From contig CBDAOI010000002.1 in NCBI GenBank assembly GCA_965198005.1, positions 1 through 64,000 on the forward strand: a stretch of 64,000 nt of DNA. Direction: 5' to 3'. Shown here piece after piece: positions 28,905-40,194 of the stretch. This DNA comes from Spirochaetia bacterium. Its GTDB lineage: Bacteria > Spirochaetota > Spirochaetia > SZUA-6 > Bin103. Within the stretch, counting starts at the first letter, position 1. The number at the start of each line of letters is the position of its first letter. Position numbers and translations under genes: made by a program. The notes beneath the pieces were generated by a model, which was not told where the DNA came from, did no database searches, and saw nothing but the letters and a program-made list of their open reading frames with translations.

Positions 28905-31875
28905 TCAGCGCCCGGCGTCGTTCAGGTTCTCCAGGGCGGTACGGGCTGGCTGGTGGTCAGGCGCAAGTCTCAGGACCTCCTTCAACTGCAGCTCGGCCTG
29001 ATCATGCTCTCCCAGGATGCTCTGGACTATCGCCAGAGAATAGCGCGCATCCACGTTGCCGGGGTACAGCTCGATTACCTTCAGCAACTCCTCGGTTGCC
29101 TGCGCGTGCTCGCCGCGGGCGTAATGGATCGTCGCCAGGCTGTAGCGCGCCACCGCAGATTTGGGATGAACCTCGAGCACAGACCTGAAAATAGCCTCGG
29201 CGGCTGCCAACCGGCCGGCCTTGAGCAGGCTTGCCCCTTCAGTCACGGCGGGCTGGGCACGTTTTTCAGCGTCGGCCAACTGTTTGGCTTGGGCAAGCTC
29301 GAGCAGCCGCTTGACTTTGACGTCGTCGGGGGTGAGTGCCTGGGCGTTCTCGAGCTCGGCGATCGAGTTGGTGTAGTCGCGCCCGTAATCATACGCAACT
29401 GCGCGCAGAACGTGGATTTTCGCCCGTGAACGATTCTCCAGGGTCGTACTGATCCGGGTCTCGGCCGCTCCCATATTCACCACGTACGGCAAGACCGGCA
29501 GGCTCAACTCAGCGAAGATTTGCAGGACTCTCGGTTCCGTCAGGGGAAATCGCCCCTTCTGGACCGGGTTGTAGTACGCCAGGTAAGGCCGGTTGTCCGT
29601 ACTCACCAGGGAGTCGGCAACATATCCGTCGAGTCTGCTCTCATCCGTAATAAAGCTGCCAAGCACCGCGAATACGTCATCCAGACCCACCTCCGCCAGG
29701 CTCTCCCGGACCGGCGGGTACGCCAGTTCCTCCTGCAGCAACCCGTAATCGATCTTCAGCTTCTGTTTTGAGCCGACCAGCAGGGCATGTCGCGTCGGCT
29801 GGGTACTCGCGTACCACACCGTTACGTGCGGGAAGGCCGCGTACAACGTGTTGATCAGAATCTTGAAGGTTTCCTCCGACATCCCATACATCGGCAGCCA
29901 AACCGAGAATACGCCATCCTCGGACAGCCGCTCTCTGGCCAGCTCGAAGTATTCCCGGGAGAACACATTGGCGTTCTGCTCGGGATGGATCGTGTCGCTC
30001 TCGATCACGTCGTATTCCTGCTGCGTAGCCAAGAGAAAATTTCTGGCATCATCGATTCTGACCCGAATCTTGGGCTCGTTGAGCAGGTCTCGGTTTATCT
30101 CCCGAAAGAAGGGGAGTGCGTCGATTTCGGCAGCGACGATCTCCAGGACGTCCAGCCGCTCGATTCGGTGACGGGTGGCCGCGTAGGATGATGCGCCGGT
30201 ACCCATCCCCAGCAGGAACACGTTCCGGGGGTCCTTCCCGGTGGAGGCCTTGTACAGCAGCACCGGCAAGTGCCCCTGGAGCTTCTGCGACAGGCGCAGC
30301 ATCGGCATGGTGCCCGCCACGTTTACTCCATCCACCTCCAACAGCTTGTAGACCTGCTGGTCGGCGGGGTCGGGCGGCAGTTGATGGACCGTGACCGTAG
30401 CGCCAATGCCTTCGTCGTAGAACAGCACCTTGCCGCCCTCTGCGAGATCTCGAAATGGGCGACTGTACAGGCCCAGGGGCCTGTCCGTGGGGATCGCTGC
30501 GCCGGCAACCGGAATAATGACCGCGATTCCCGCGACCACGGCCCACTTTGCCGGGCGTCCCATGAACGGGTGCGCAAGCAGTATGACGATGCCCAGCATC
30601 AGGTTGAGCGCCGCCACCAGGATGATACCGTTGGTGATGCCGATCAACGGTATCATGACGAACCCGGCCGCGATCGACCCCAGGACACTGCCAACGGTGT
30701 TTACCGAGTAGATGTTCCCGACGTATCTGCCCAGCCGCTCCCGGTTCTGGCTGTAGATCTTGCTGGCCAGCGGAAACGCAATGCCCATGAGCAAGGTCGG
30801 GATGAACATGATGAGAAACGCACCCGCATATCTGGCCACCACGAACATCTGCCAACTTGGTGCCCGCTCGGTAAGACTGACCATCAGGTCGTCCAACGTC
30901 CGGAACTCCCAGATCGACAGGATGGCAAACAACCCGATCAGCACTTCGATAGCCGCGAGCAAACCGAGCTGCTGTTTCGACTTGTCTATCAGCCTGCCAA
31001 AGACGAGACTGCCTACAGCTATCCCCAGCAAGAAACTGGTCAACATTATCGTGAACGCGTACGTCGTGGAGTGCACGTAGAACACCAGCACCCTCGTCCA
31101 CAGCACCTCGTACGCCAGTGCGCAGAATCCCGACAACCCGTACACGACCAGAATGACGAAGTACACATAAGGGGGATACGGTTGGCGGTCCGGTTGTCGA
31201 TTACCGACGCTCCCGGTTGTTCGCCGGTTGTCCTGATGTTGCCGGGGAGCAAACCTGCTCAAGTAGAATGCGGCGGCCGCTACCAGAATGTTGACCGCCG
31301 CCGCGATATAGGTCGTCTCTCTCGCACCGAAAAAAATGATGAAGAAGAACCCGGCGGAGAAGGTGCCGACCACCGCCCCCAGAGTGTTGGTGCCGTAGAG
31401 GCTGCCTATCCCCGAACCCAACCGGCCAAATTCCCGGATGAACAGCTTGCTCAGCACCGGGAGCGTGCCGCCCATGAGAAACGAAGGAATGACCAGGATC
31501 AAGAAGGAGAGGGATGAATCTCAGCAGGCTGAAGAGATAGAAGGTGGTGTCGAGGTTCTGAGAGATCCCGACGTATATGGCGGTCGCTCCGGAGATGATG
31601 AAGGGAAACAGAATCGCGAATACCCCGATACCAGCCTCGAGGTAGGCGTAGAGCTCGAGCGGCCTCCCGAACCTGTCAACCAGCCGGCCGAAGCAGAAAC
31701 TGCCCAGCGCCAATCCAGACATGAAGGATGCCAGTATCGTGGCCGTGGCAAACGCGGTGCTGCCAAACACGAGCACGAGCATCCCGTGCCAGACCACTTC
31801 GTAGACCAGTCCGGTGGCACCGGAAAGGAAGAAGAGGACCAGGACCGCGGCTTGATAAAGACTCGGGCGTGTCAA
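28905..31875 (-). CDS. Fused MFS-like membrane domain / spermidine synthase with C-terminal TPRs, one +1 frameshift near 31511
   Basis: FFLSGATGLVYEVVW and LSGFCALAYEVLW repeats, LGMGTGAS, DDARNFL..YDVI.SD, TPR tail; ORFs 31201-31875 and 28905-31502 join on removing one C. Confidence 0.85.
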
Positions 31876-31885
31876 TGCCCCGTGC

Positions 31886-32785
31886 TCAACGACCGCCGCC
31901 CCTGAGCCTCGGATCCAGCAGGTCCCTGACGGCGTCGCCGAACATATTGAGACAGTAGATGGTCACAGTGAGGCAAAGACCTGGCCACAGGGCCAGCCGT
32001 GGCGCCAGCTCCATGTACTTACGCCCGTCCCGGCTGAGCATACCACCCCAGTCGGGAATGTTCGGTGGCAGACCGAATCCGAGGAAGCCCAGCGAAGCCA
32101 GTGCCATGATCACGCCGCCGATGCTGGTGCTGAATGAGATGATGATGACGGGTGTGATATTGGGCACGACATGTCGTAGCAGCGATCTCCATCTCGGCGA
32201 GCCAACCGCCTCCGCCACTTGGAAATAGACATTCTCCTTGATGCCGATAACCGCGCCTCGGATTACTCTGGCGCCGCCTATGCCACCCGATATCCCCATC
32301 ACCAGAATTATCTGCAAGAGGCCCTTCCCGAACACAGCTATCATGGTCAACAACAGGAGCAATCCAGGAAAAGCCATCCACGCGTCGACGAACCGCTGCA
32401 CAACCAGGTCAAATTTACCTCCAACGAATCCTGACACTCCGCCGATCACCGTGCTGATGACTATGCTGATAGTGGTCACTGTAAGACCGACGAGCACCGA
32501 GATACGAGCCCCAAAGATAAGGCGGCTCAGTAGGTCTCGTCCCGCCTGGTCGGTACCCAGAAGATACTTGGCAGAGGCGCTCTGAAGCCTGTCTATCAGG
32601 TGAATCTCGTTATAGGGATAGGGAGAGAATTGACCGCCAAAGATAGCCACCAAGATCAAGAAAAATATGACGATTCCGCTGGCAGTGCCGAGCGGCTTCT
32701 CCTTGACCAGCCTGATGAAAAAACTCGCCACCGCGCCACGCCTTCTGGGCTCGCTCACTGTAGCGGTGTGTGCCGGCGACGTCAT
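31886..32785 (-). CDS. ABC permease DppC/OppC-like, cassette 3
   Basis: LLGTDQAGRD, RHVVPN, GDAVRDLLDPR. Confidence 0.93.
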   Translation of the reverse strand: MTSPAHTATVSEPRRRGAVASFFIRLVKEKPLGTASGIVIFFLILVAIFGGQFSPYPYNEIHLIDRLQSASAKYLLGTDQAGRDLLSRLIFGARISVLVGLTVTTISIVISTVIGGVSGFVGGKFDLVVQRFVDAWMAFPGLLLLLTMIAVFGKGLLQIILVMGISGGIGGARVIRGAVIGIKENVYFQVAEAVGSPRWRSLLRHVVPNITPVIIISFSTSIGGVIMALASLGFLGFGLPPNIPDWGGMLSRDGRKYMELAPRLALWPGLCLTVTIYCLNMFGDAVRDLLDPRLRGGGR

Positions 32786-33789
32786 GTATAGCGAATCCTA
32801 GGGTCCAAATAGGGATAGAGCATGTCGACAAGCAGCGTGCTGAGTAACACCACCGTCGCCAACATCATGTTTATTGCGGATACCACCGGGTAGTCTCTGA
32901 AATCGAGGGCTTCCAGGAACATGCGGCCTAGCCCCGGCAATACGAATATCTCCTCCAAGATGACGGAGCCGCCTACCAGGAGCGGGAGTTGCAGGCCTAT
33001 CAGGGTAAGTACCGGGATGAATGCATTTTTCAGAGCGTGTCTGATAACAATCGCTCTCTCCTTGAGCCCCTTCGACCAGGCCGTCCTGATGTAGTCCTGC
33101 CTGAGCACCTCCAGCATCATGGTGCGCGTCAGCCGCATGGTGGCGGCAGACATGGCCGTGCCGAGAATCGCGGCCGGAATGAGGAACATCCCGATATTCC
33201 CCAGCGGGTTTTCCCTGAAGCGAATCAGCTCTAGCGGCGGCGACCAGCCCCACCAGATTGCCGGGTAGAGCATCACCATGATTCCGAGCCAGAAGTTAGG
33301 GGTTGCTATGCCGATGACGGCCACGGTCCGCCCCACGTAGTCGGCGGCCGTATCCTGGCGGATCGCCGAGTAGACGCCCACCGGCAGGGCGATGACCAGC
33401 CCAATGACGATTGCCATCACCCCAAGCTCAATAGTTACCGGCAATCTGCCGAGTATCCGCTCTCCTATCGACCAACCACCCAACAGTGATTCACCAAAGG
33501 TGCCCTGGAGGAGACCTCTGAAGTGGGACTCACCGGTAACCCCGTCAGGGGTCGGCAACAATCCTATCCAGCGTCCATACTGCACGTAGACGGGCACGTC
33601 CAATCCCAGCATACGCTCCAGAGCTTCGCGGTCTATGTCGGCACCCGTGGCATGCCATGCTTCCATCTCTGCCACCATTACGTCTACTACATCCCCGGGG
33701 ATGAAGCGGACGGCGAGAAAGACGATCCAGCTCAATATGAACAGGGTCGGGATCATGAGGAGCAAGCGCCTGATCAGATAGGCTCTCAT
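32782..33789 (-). CDS. ABC permease DppB/OppB-like, cassette 3
   Basis: MRAYLIRRLL...QDYIRTAWSKGL...LDPRIRY. Confidence 0.93.
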   Translation of the reverse strand: MRAYLIRRLLLMIPTLFILSWIVFLAVRFIPGDVVDVMVAEMEAWHATGADIDREALERMLGLDVPVYVQYGRWIGLLPTPDGVTGESHFRGLLQGTFGESLLGGWSIGERILGRLPVTIELGVMAIVIGLVIALPVGVYSAIRQDTAADYVGRTVAVIGIATPNFWLGIMVMLYPAIWWGWSPPLELIRFRENPLGNIGMFLIPAAILGTAMSAATMRLTRTMMLEVLRQDYIRTAWSKGLKERAIVIRHALKNAFIPVLTLIGLQLPLLVGGSVILEEIFVLPGLGRMFLEALDFRDYPVVSAINMMLATVVLLSTLLVDMLYPYLDPRIRYT

Positions 33790-33870
33790 GTGTCACGCCT
33801 CATGGATGGGAGGGGAGCTGGGAAGCGCACCGGCAACCGGCCGCTTCCCAGCTCCTCCGGCATATAACTA

Positions 33871-35685
33871 CTAGTTCCCCATCGACTCCTTCAGCTCACT
33901 ATCAATCCAGAGGCGGGCGAAGAATTGATTCCGTTCACCAAGTCCCATAGCCGATTCACCGTTATAGCCCTTGACCCACGGCTGGTTTACGCTGAACCTC
34001 GGGGCGATGGATTTGACCAGGCCAAAGTGCTGTCTTACGGTGATCTCATCGGCTTCTCTCATGATACGCTGAACGTCCTCGAGCTTGATGCTGTTCATGG
34101 CGGCGTCATGCAGATCCTTCAGACGCGTGCACTGTCTCTTGGTGTAGCTGTGGTCATCGATGTTTTGGCACATGTGTTGGATCCGACTTTGCCCTGCATC
34201 ATACCCATATCCTGCGCTCATAAAGTGCCACTCAGCCGTCTCGCTGCGCATCCTCGCTCCCACCTCAGCGTTGGCCTGCATGTCGAGCTCGCTTGCAACG
34301 CCAATGGCTTCGAAGTACCCCATGATGAGCTCTGGATGGGTTGGTTCGTACCTGTCGTGCAGGGCGAGCTTGACCTTGAACCTGACGCCGTCGGCGCCGC
34401 GCGGATAGCCGGCCTCATCGAGCAACGCTTCGGCCTCTTCCGGGTGATACTCATACTCACGCTTGACCTCTTCCGGCCACTCTTCATATGGCCAGGCCCA
34501 ACCTGTCTGAGTGTACAGCATCATCCCATACGGTGCCGGTCTTCCATGACCCCTGAAGTAGGCAGCGGATATCGTCTCGCGGTCCACTGCCATCTGTAGC
34601 GCCTTGCGCACTCTGACATCGTCCGTCGGCGACAGTTCGTGGTTGAAGAGGAAGCCTCCGTCTGCTCCCCGATAACTGGCCCAGACCTCGATTTCAGGGT
34701 TGGTCCGCTGGAGGGTCTCCAGATCGTCCATAGAGTATATCGCAGCATCTCCGGTGTTACTCATCATGTCGACCTTGCCCGTGCGCAGGGCCGCCAGGCG
34801 CGTTGACATGTCTGGCATGAGCAAGGCTCGGTACGTGTCGATATAGGGCAGGCGGTTCTGCGGGAACTTCTCGTCGTAGCCCCAGTAGTTGGGATTCTTC
34901 TCCCAGGTGGCAGAGCTGCCCTCCACCAACTCAACAAATTGCAGCGGCCCCGTACCGACGGTGTTCCTCCAGTCCTTGGCGTCGCCGTCCCTCTCGACCT
35001 GCTCGGGGCCGTGCACAAAGAAGTACGAACGGAGCATCTTGCCCAAAAAATCGTATGTGGGCTCCGCCAGCTTGATCTCCACCGTCCATTTATCGGTGGC
35101 CGTTACCGACTCGATCGTGGCACCCCAGGTGATACCTCTCACAGCGGCGTTAGGTCCGTCTTCGCTGAAATCGCCGAGGCCCAGATAACGGTGATAGTTC
35201 CATTCGATGTCATGGGCATCGAGCTCGCGACCGTTCATCGGCTCCTTGTCGTGCCAGTAAACGCCCTGACGGATGTGCCAGATGAACGTGGTGTCGTCGG
35301 GCATTGACCAGCTTTCAGCCAGAGCTCCCTGAATGATCGGTGGTCTCGCCGGCCCGTACTGTTGGTCGGTACCGTCCCATAGCTCCCTACTTACAGCCCA
35401 GTTGACGTTGGACATCTTCTCATTAACGCCACTGATAAGGTGAGGCGCCCAGCCAAGATTCCACCAGTTGTCGGAACTGGGAGGAAAGACCACAGTGGGC
35501 CAAGTGAGCGTCCCGCCATACTCCGGCGCGGTCACCATCTTGCCGGTGGACGGGTCGAGCACCATCTCCTTGTCCGAGGCGGCTGCCGACTCATCCTCGT
35601 CCGCACCGCTTGCCCAGAGGCCGGTTGCGGTCAGGGTGAGGCCAATCAGTACCGCCAGGCACTGCTTGAACATTGCGAAAAACAT
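33871..35685 (-). CDS. ABC substrate-binding protein family 5 (SBP3)
   Basis: AGGAG RBS before ATG 35685; LWASG signal, PEYGG, LAESW, VGTGP, KNPNYW, DDVRVRKALQMA. Confidence 0.92.
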   Translation of the reverse strand: MFFAMFKQCLAVLIGLTLTATGLWASGADEDESAAASDKEMVLDPSTGKMVTAPEYGGTLTWPTVVFPPSSDNWWNLGWAPHLISGVNEKMSNVNWAVSRELWDGTDQQYGPARPPIIQGALAESWSMPDDTTFIWHIRQGVYWHDKEPMNGRELDAHDIEWNYHRYLGLGDFSEDGPNAAVRGITWGATIESVTATDKWTVEIKLAEPTYDFLGKMLRSYFFVHGPEQVERDGDAKDWRNTVGTGPLQFVELVEGSSATWEKNPNYWGYDEKFPQNRLPYIDTYRALLMPDMSTRLAALRTGKVDMMSNTGDAAIYSMDDLETLQRTNPEIEVWASYRGADGGFLFNHELSPTDDVRVRKALQMAVDRETISAAYFRGHGRPAPYGMMLYTQTGWAWPYEEWPEEVKREYEYHPEEAEALLDEAGYPRGADGVRFKVKLALHDRYEPTHPELIMGYFEAIGVASELDMQANAEVGARMRSETAEWHFMSAGYGYDAGQSRIQHMCQNIDDHSYTKRQCTRLKDLHDAAMNSIKLEDVQRIMREADEITVRQHFGLVKSIAPRFSVNQPWVKGYNGESAMGLGERNQFFARLWIDSELKESMGN

Positions 35686-35941
35686 GAATATGTCTCCTAT
35701 TTCCTCGAGAGCACGAAGTTCAGTGCCGGCCCCTCGCCTGCTCTCGAGGCATGCCTGCAATCGCAGGTCACCGGAAAGCGAGGGCGACACGTTCGGGTCC
35801 GGGCCCGGGGTGGTGGTGGGGAGTTAGTCGTATCCGGTCTTGGGTGGCATCCCGTTTCCTCCTGTGCGCGGTGCGAACGTCGACCGCTTGTGCGACCGTA
35901 GCACGGACCCGCGACTCGGGTCAACCACCTGCACCCCTGCA

Positions 35942-37502
35942 CAGCAATTCTCGGTGAACGGCTGGTAGAGGGGCAGAGTGTCATAAGCTCAAGCCCTCCG
36001 TATGTGAAATGCGACCATGCCCCACCTGTTGGCCCACCGCGTGAATGCACGACCCAATAATACCCATTCCTCCCGTGAAAGGCATGCACCGGACGGCCCG
36101 ACCCGGCCCGACCCGGCCGAACTTCTATAACTGATTGCAGGTGAAGTAGTTAGCCACCGTCATGCCAGCCCGGTGCGATGACCTGACCACCGTCAGCCAC
36201 CGCCGGTCGGCCGATGCCGCGGGCTGGCGCGGTGCGGCGATCGGCCCTTCGGGGCCGGTTGCCCGCGCGCCGCCGGCACACCTGCGCCGCAGCCCCAGTC
36301 AGGGATCGTTCAGGGAGCAGGTTCAGTTCCCCAGGGAGCGGCTACCCGGACAGCGGCTGCGGCGGCGAGTTCATCCGCACCAGCACCTGGTCCCACGACC
36401 GGATCAGGAATAGCCGGAACGTGGCGCGGATCGCGCCCCAGAACTCCCGGCGCGACCCGAACCCAGCCCGCACCTGCTGATTCAGACCGTCCACCAGCTC
36501 GAATATCTGGTGCATGAAATAGGCCAGCAGGTTGAGCACGAAGAACGCCTCCGACAGGTACTTGTCACCGTGGCCGAAGTTGTGCTCCAGGTGATAGCCC
36601 TGGTTCTTCAGCGTATTGAACCCCTCGTTCTCGATCTTCCAGCGTGCCCGTCCCGCACGCACGATCCGCGCGACGCTTCCAGCGGTGGGTACCAAGTCGG
36701 TCACCCAGGCGTTTCGATAGGTGGTCGTGCCGGCCCGTACGATGCGGTAGTGCACGAAGTTGATCTGGGGACTGCGGGGGTTGCCGTTCAGCGGCACCCC
36801 GGTAACCCACTCGTATTCATGCCGGTCCCCGGTCGCGTCGATGGTGCAGTGGTGGTCCAGCAGCCGACCGCGGCGCAGCCCGTCGATATCCTGGTACAGG
36901 CTGGTGTGATCCTCCGGCTTGGCCACCAGCAGAAACGAGAAGCGGGCGGCGCGCACCTGTTCGATGAACGGTTGCTTGGAGTACAGACTATCGGCGACGA
37001 TCACCGCAGCCAGCCGGGGATGGTCGTTACGGATGCGCTGCAAGGCACGGTAGCCGGCTTTTATTTCACAGTCCTGCTTGCGGCGTTTGGCATTCTTGGC
37101 GCCAGAGTCATCGGCGTTGTGAATGAACACGGGAGCCAACGGCAGCACCTGCCGCTTGTCGGGGTGGACGATGGCGGTCTGCAGGATGTCGTGGTGGTAG
37201 CGTACGGTGCCGTTCTTGGTGGCGGTCAGACAGCACTCACAGTTCACCTTGTACGAGCTGAAGTACTGGGAGCCGTCCATGGTGATGAGATAGCGACCGT
37301 CGAGGAACTGATAGTGCTGCAGCCATTTGGCGTCCTGCATGCGCCCTATCCAGTCGCCGAAGCAGCCGAGCAGCGGTTCATAGTCATGGCTGTCGAGCAG
37401 ATCGCGGAACTGGGAGTCGGCAGGGATCCGAGCGACCCCAAACGTAGAGTTGAGGTTGTTGGTGCGCAGTTCGTCCTGGAAGCGGCGTTGGAACTCCAGC
37501 AC
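35942..37502 (-). mobile_element. Second ISNCY-like IS, 5'-truncated; transposase remainder 36342-37502 in frame
   Basis: IR at 35942; near-identical to 8409-9995; similarity stops at SVLEFQRR. Confidence 0.88.
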
Positions 37503-37670
37503 GGAAGAGGAGATTCTGAAGGCATAGTCCGTATCTCGAACGTGACGACATTGATCAGTACCTGGCTTACGCCGCATGGAGGCTTGAGGAGCGCGAGGTT
37601 CCCCTTCGCCCGACCTCGGCATGAAGCTTCTGGTCGACATGAATCTGTCGCCATCCTGGGTTCCCGTGCT
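37503..37670 (+). pseudogene. Remnant DUF433/DUF5615 TA pair squeezed between two IS
   Basis: EEEILKA*/PYLERDDIDQYLAYAAWR (DUF433 tail) then ATG 37621 MKLLVDMNLSPSWV cut at CTAG. Confidence 0.7.
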
Positions 37671-39290
37671 AGGAGTCTGTCGGAGTCATGGTCGCGGGGT
37701 TACGAAGTGAGCGAGCCGAGGGGAACGCCGTAGGCGGCCGCCTAGCTCGCCAGCGCTTGGTTGCGCTCGGTCGGGTGCCCAAAGCAGCCCTGCGGGAGGG
37801 ATTGAGGCCCTGCGGGAGGGATCGTGATGCCAGCAACACCCTCCAAGGTGTCTCCGGCGCCCGTTCCGGTGCCACAGCTCGTCCACCGGGACCCACTGAC
37901 CCCACTTATCCTCCTGCCAGGGCATACATCCGCTTCAGATTCCACGCCGTGCACACCAGACTCCATTCCCCCTCGGCGCCGCGTAACCCGCGCAGATGAA
38001 AGCGCCGGAATCCCAGCACCTCCTTGATCACCCCGAACACCGTCTCCACCGTGGACTTCCGCTTGCTATAGATCGCCTTCCCCTCAGCCGTCTGCAAACG
38101 ATGCTTCATCGCCGTCACCGCATCCGCATCAGCAGGACACTCCGGGGGTGCCTTGAGACGATCTTCCAGCGGCCGGTTGTGGCGTTCCCGGCTCCCCGCG
38201 ATATACGGCTCGATGTCCTGTTCCACGCACCGCTCCACGTTCTCTTTGCTGTGGTACCCGGCATCCGCCACCAGCGCCTCCGGCTTGCCCAGCTCGTCTG
38301 CCACCTTTCCCAACTCGTTCAGCGCCGGCGCCACTTCCTGCTTGTCGTTGGCCGCTTGGCTGACGTGGTTGCCCACCACCATGTGACTGTCCTGCTCCAC
38401 CACCGCTTGCGCGTTGAAACCCTGTATGAACTCCCCGTTCGCGCCCGGCATGATCCGTGATTCTTCATCCGTGAAGTTCACTTGGTCCTTGTCTTTCGGT
38501 CCTGCTTCCGGCTCCTGCGGCGGCTTCCCCCCAGGCTTCTTACCAGTCGCTGCTTCGCGTTCCTGCCGCCGCTTCAGCTTCGCTTCGTACTCCGCCCGCT
38601 CCGCCGCATGCCGCTCCTGCGCCCGCTCCTTTATCTTCTCCTGCGCTTCCCGAATCGCCGCCAGCCGCTCCTCCCGGCGCTGTAATTCTTCCGGGATGTC
38701 CAGCTCCTGCTGTTCCTGCTCCCCCTCCTGGTCCGCTCGCTGCGCCAACTCCAGCAGCTTCTCTACCTCCCCCTCCAACTGCCGCTCCAGCTTCGTCGCA
38801 TGCCCCCAGCTCATCGCTTTGTGCTTGCTCGCGTTCCCCTGCACCTTCGTCCCATCCAGGCTCACCCGTCCCAGCCGCAGCGTCCCCAGCGTCTTCGCCA
38901 GCACCAGAATCTGCTTGAACAGCCCTTGTAACTCCGCCAGAAACCGCTTGCGAAAATTCGCTATCGTATCATGGTCCGGATGCTCATCTCCGCTGATGTA
39001 GCGAAACGCCACCGAATCGTACGTCGCCTGCTCCAGCTTCCGGCTCGAAAACACTCCAGTGGCGTAGCCGTAGAACAACAGCGCCACCAGCATGGCCGGA
39101 TGATACGCCTGCTTGCCGCCGCTACCTCCATACTGGCTCGTTATTTCACCGAGCTCCAGTTGCTCTACAATATCAACTACAAAACGCGCCATGTGCCGCT
39201 CCGGTAGCCACTCTTGAATGGACGCCGGCAGCAGCATCGGCGTGTCTCGATCAAGCACGCGAAAATCCTCGACCATGAACACCTGGACTC
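37671..39290 (-). mobile_element. IS1182-family element (left end unclear)
   Basis: Right end TCCGACAGACTCCTAG on the minus strand at 37669-37684; transposase inside. Confidence 0.75.
37906..39276 (-). CDS. IS1182-family transposase
   Basis: LLP.SIQEWLP, YHPAML..LLFYGY, SSRKLE, HPDHDTI, LDGTK, NFTD.ESRIM, ADAGY, RKSTVETVFG. Confidence 0.92.
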   Translation of the reverse strand: MVEDFRVLDRDTPMLLPASIQEWLPERHMARFVVDIVEQLELGEITSQYGGSGGKQAYHPAMLVALLFYGYATGVFSSRKLEQATYDSVAFRYISGDEHPDHDTIANFRKRFLAELQGLFKQILVLAKTLGTLRLGRVSLDGTKVQGNASKHKAMSWGHATKLERQLEGEVEKLLELAQRADQEGEQEQQELDIPEELQRREERLAAIREAQEKIKERAQERHAAERAEYEAKLKRRQEREAATGKKPGGKPPQEPEAGPKDKDQVNFTDEESRIMPGANGEFIQGFNAQAVVEQDSHMVVGNHVSQAANDKQEVAPALNELGKVADELGKPEALVADAGYHSKENVERCVEQDIEPYIAGSRERHNRPLEDRLKAPPECPADADAVTAMKHRLQTAEGKAIYSKRKSTVETVFGVIKEVLGFRRFHLRGLRGAEGEWSLVCTAWNLKRMYALAGG

Positions 39291-39318
39291 CAGTTCGCGG
39301 AGGTGATACCTTGGACCC

Positions 39319-40194
39319 ATGACCGACGTCATGGTCATCCAAGGACGGGAGTTACACACTGCGGATCTCGAGCTGATTCGAGGTCTTCTGAGCGACCATC
39401 CGCAGTGGAGTAGAAGGCGGCTCAGCGAGGAACTGTGCCGCCGCTGGGACTGGCGCAACGCGCAGGGCAGAATGAAAGACATGGCCTGCCGCACGCTGCT
39501 GCTGAAGCTGGAGCGGGCCGATCTGATCCGACTTCCGAACCGCCGAGGGCCGTCCACCAACGAGTTGCGCAACCGCCATGTGGCTTCGGTGGCGCATGCT
39601 ACCGACCCGATCGGTGGCGCGTTGCGCGCCCTGCGGCCGCTACGGGTGAGCGTGGTGGGGCCCGGTTCGCACGAGCTGGGACTGTTCAACTGCCTGCTTG
39701 ATCGCTACCACTACCTGGGCCACCGCAACACGGTGGGTGAGAACCTCCGCTATCTGGCGCGCGACCGGAGCGGCCGGCCGCTGGGTTGCGTGCTGTTCGG
39801 TTCGGCGGCGTGGACCTGCGCCGCGCGCGACCTCTGGATCGGTTGGGAGCGCAGTGCACGGCAGCGGAACCGGCAGTTGTTGACCAACAACACGCGCTTT
39901 CTGGTGTTGCCCTGGGTCACGGTGCCGCATCTGGCCAGCCACCTGCTGGGCCTCATCGCGCGGCGCATTGGCGCCGACTGGCAAGCGAAATATGGACATC
40001 CGGTGCATGCGCTTGAAACCTTTGTGGATCGCCGCTTCCGCGGGACCTGCTATCGCGCCGCCAACTGGGTACGGCTCGGAGAAACCCGGGGACGCACCCG
40101 CAACGACCGCGAGCATCGCATTCAGGCTGCGGTCAAGGCGGTCTACCTGTATCCCCTGAGCAAGGACTTTCGCCGGGAGTTGTGCGCATGCTGA
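39319..40194 (+). CDS. DUF4338 (Druantia DruA-like) passenger protein
   Basis: SRRRLSEELC..WDWR, YHYLG, GENLRYL, RDLWIGW, NNTRFLVLPW, ETFVD..F.GTCYRAANW. Confidence 0.85.
   Translation: MTDVMVIQGRELHTADLELIRGLLSDHPQWSRRRLSEELCRRWDWRNAQGRMKDMACRTLLLKLERADLIRLPNRRGPSTNELRNRHVASVAHATDPIGGALRALRPLRVSVVGPGSHELGLFNCLLDRYHYLGHRNTVGENLRYLARDRSGRPLGCVLFGSAAWTCAARDLWIGWERSARQRNRQLLTNNTRFLVLPWVTVPHLASHLLGLIARRIGADWQAKYGHPVHALETFVDRRFRGTCYRAANWVRLGETRGRTRNDREHRIQAAVKAVYLYPLSKDFRRELCAC

Noticed and set aside
37503-37640. N-terminus of the 432-aa transposase ORF
   Set aside because: It is the antisense of a DUF433/DUF5615 remnant fused at a deletion junction
25805-40194. Complete Druantia defence system
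   Set aside because: Only DUF4338 genes inside IS elements; no DruE helicase or other partners
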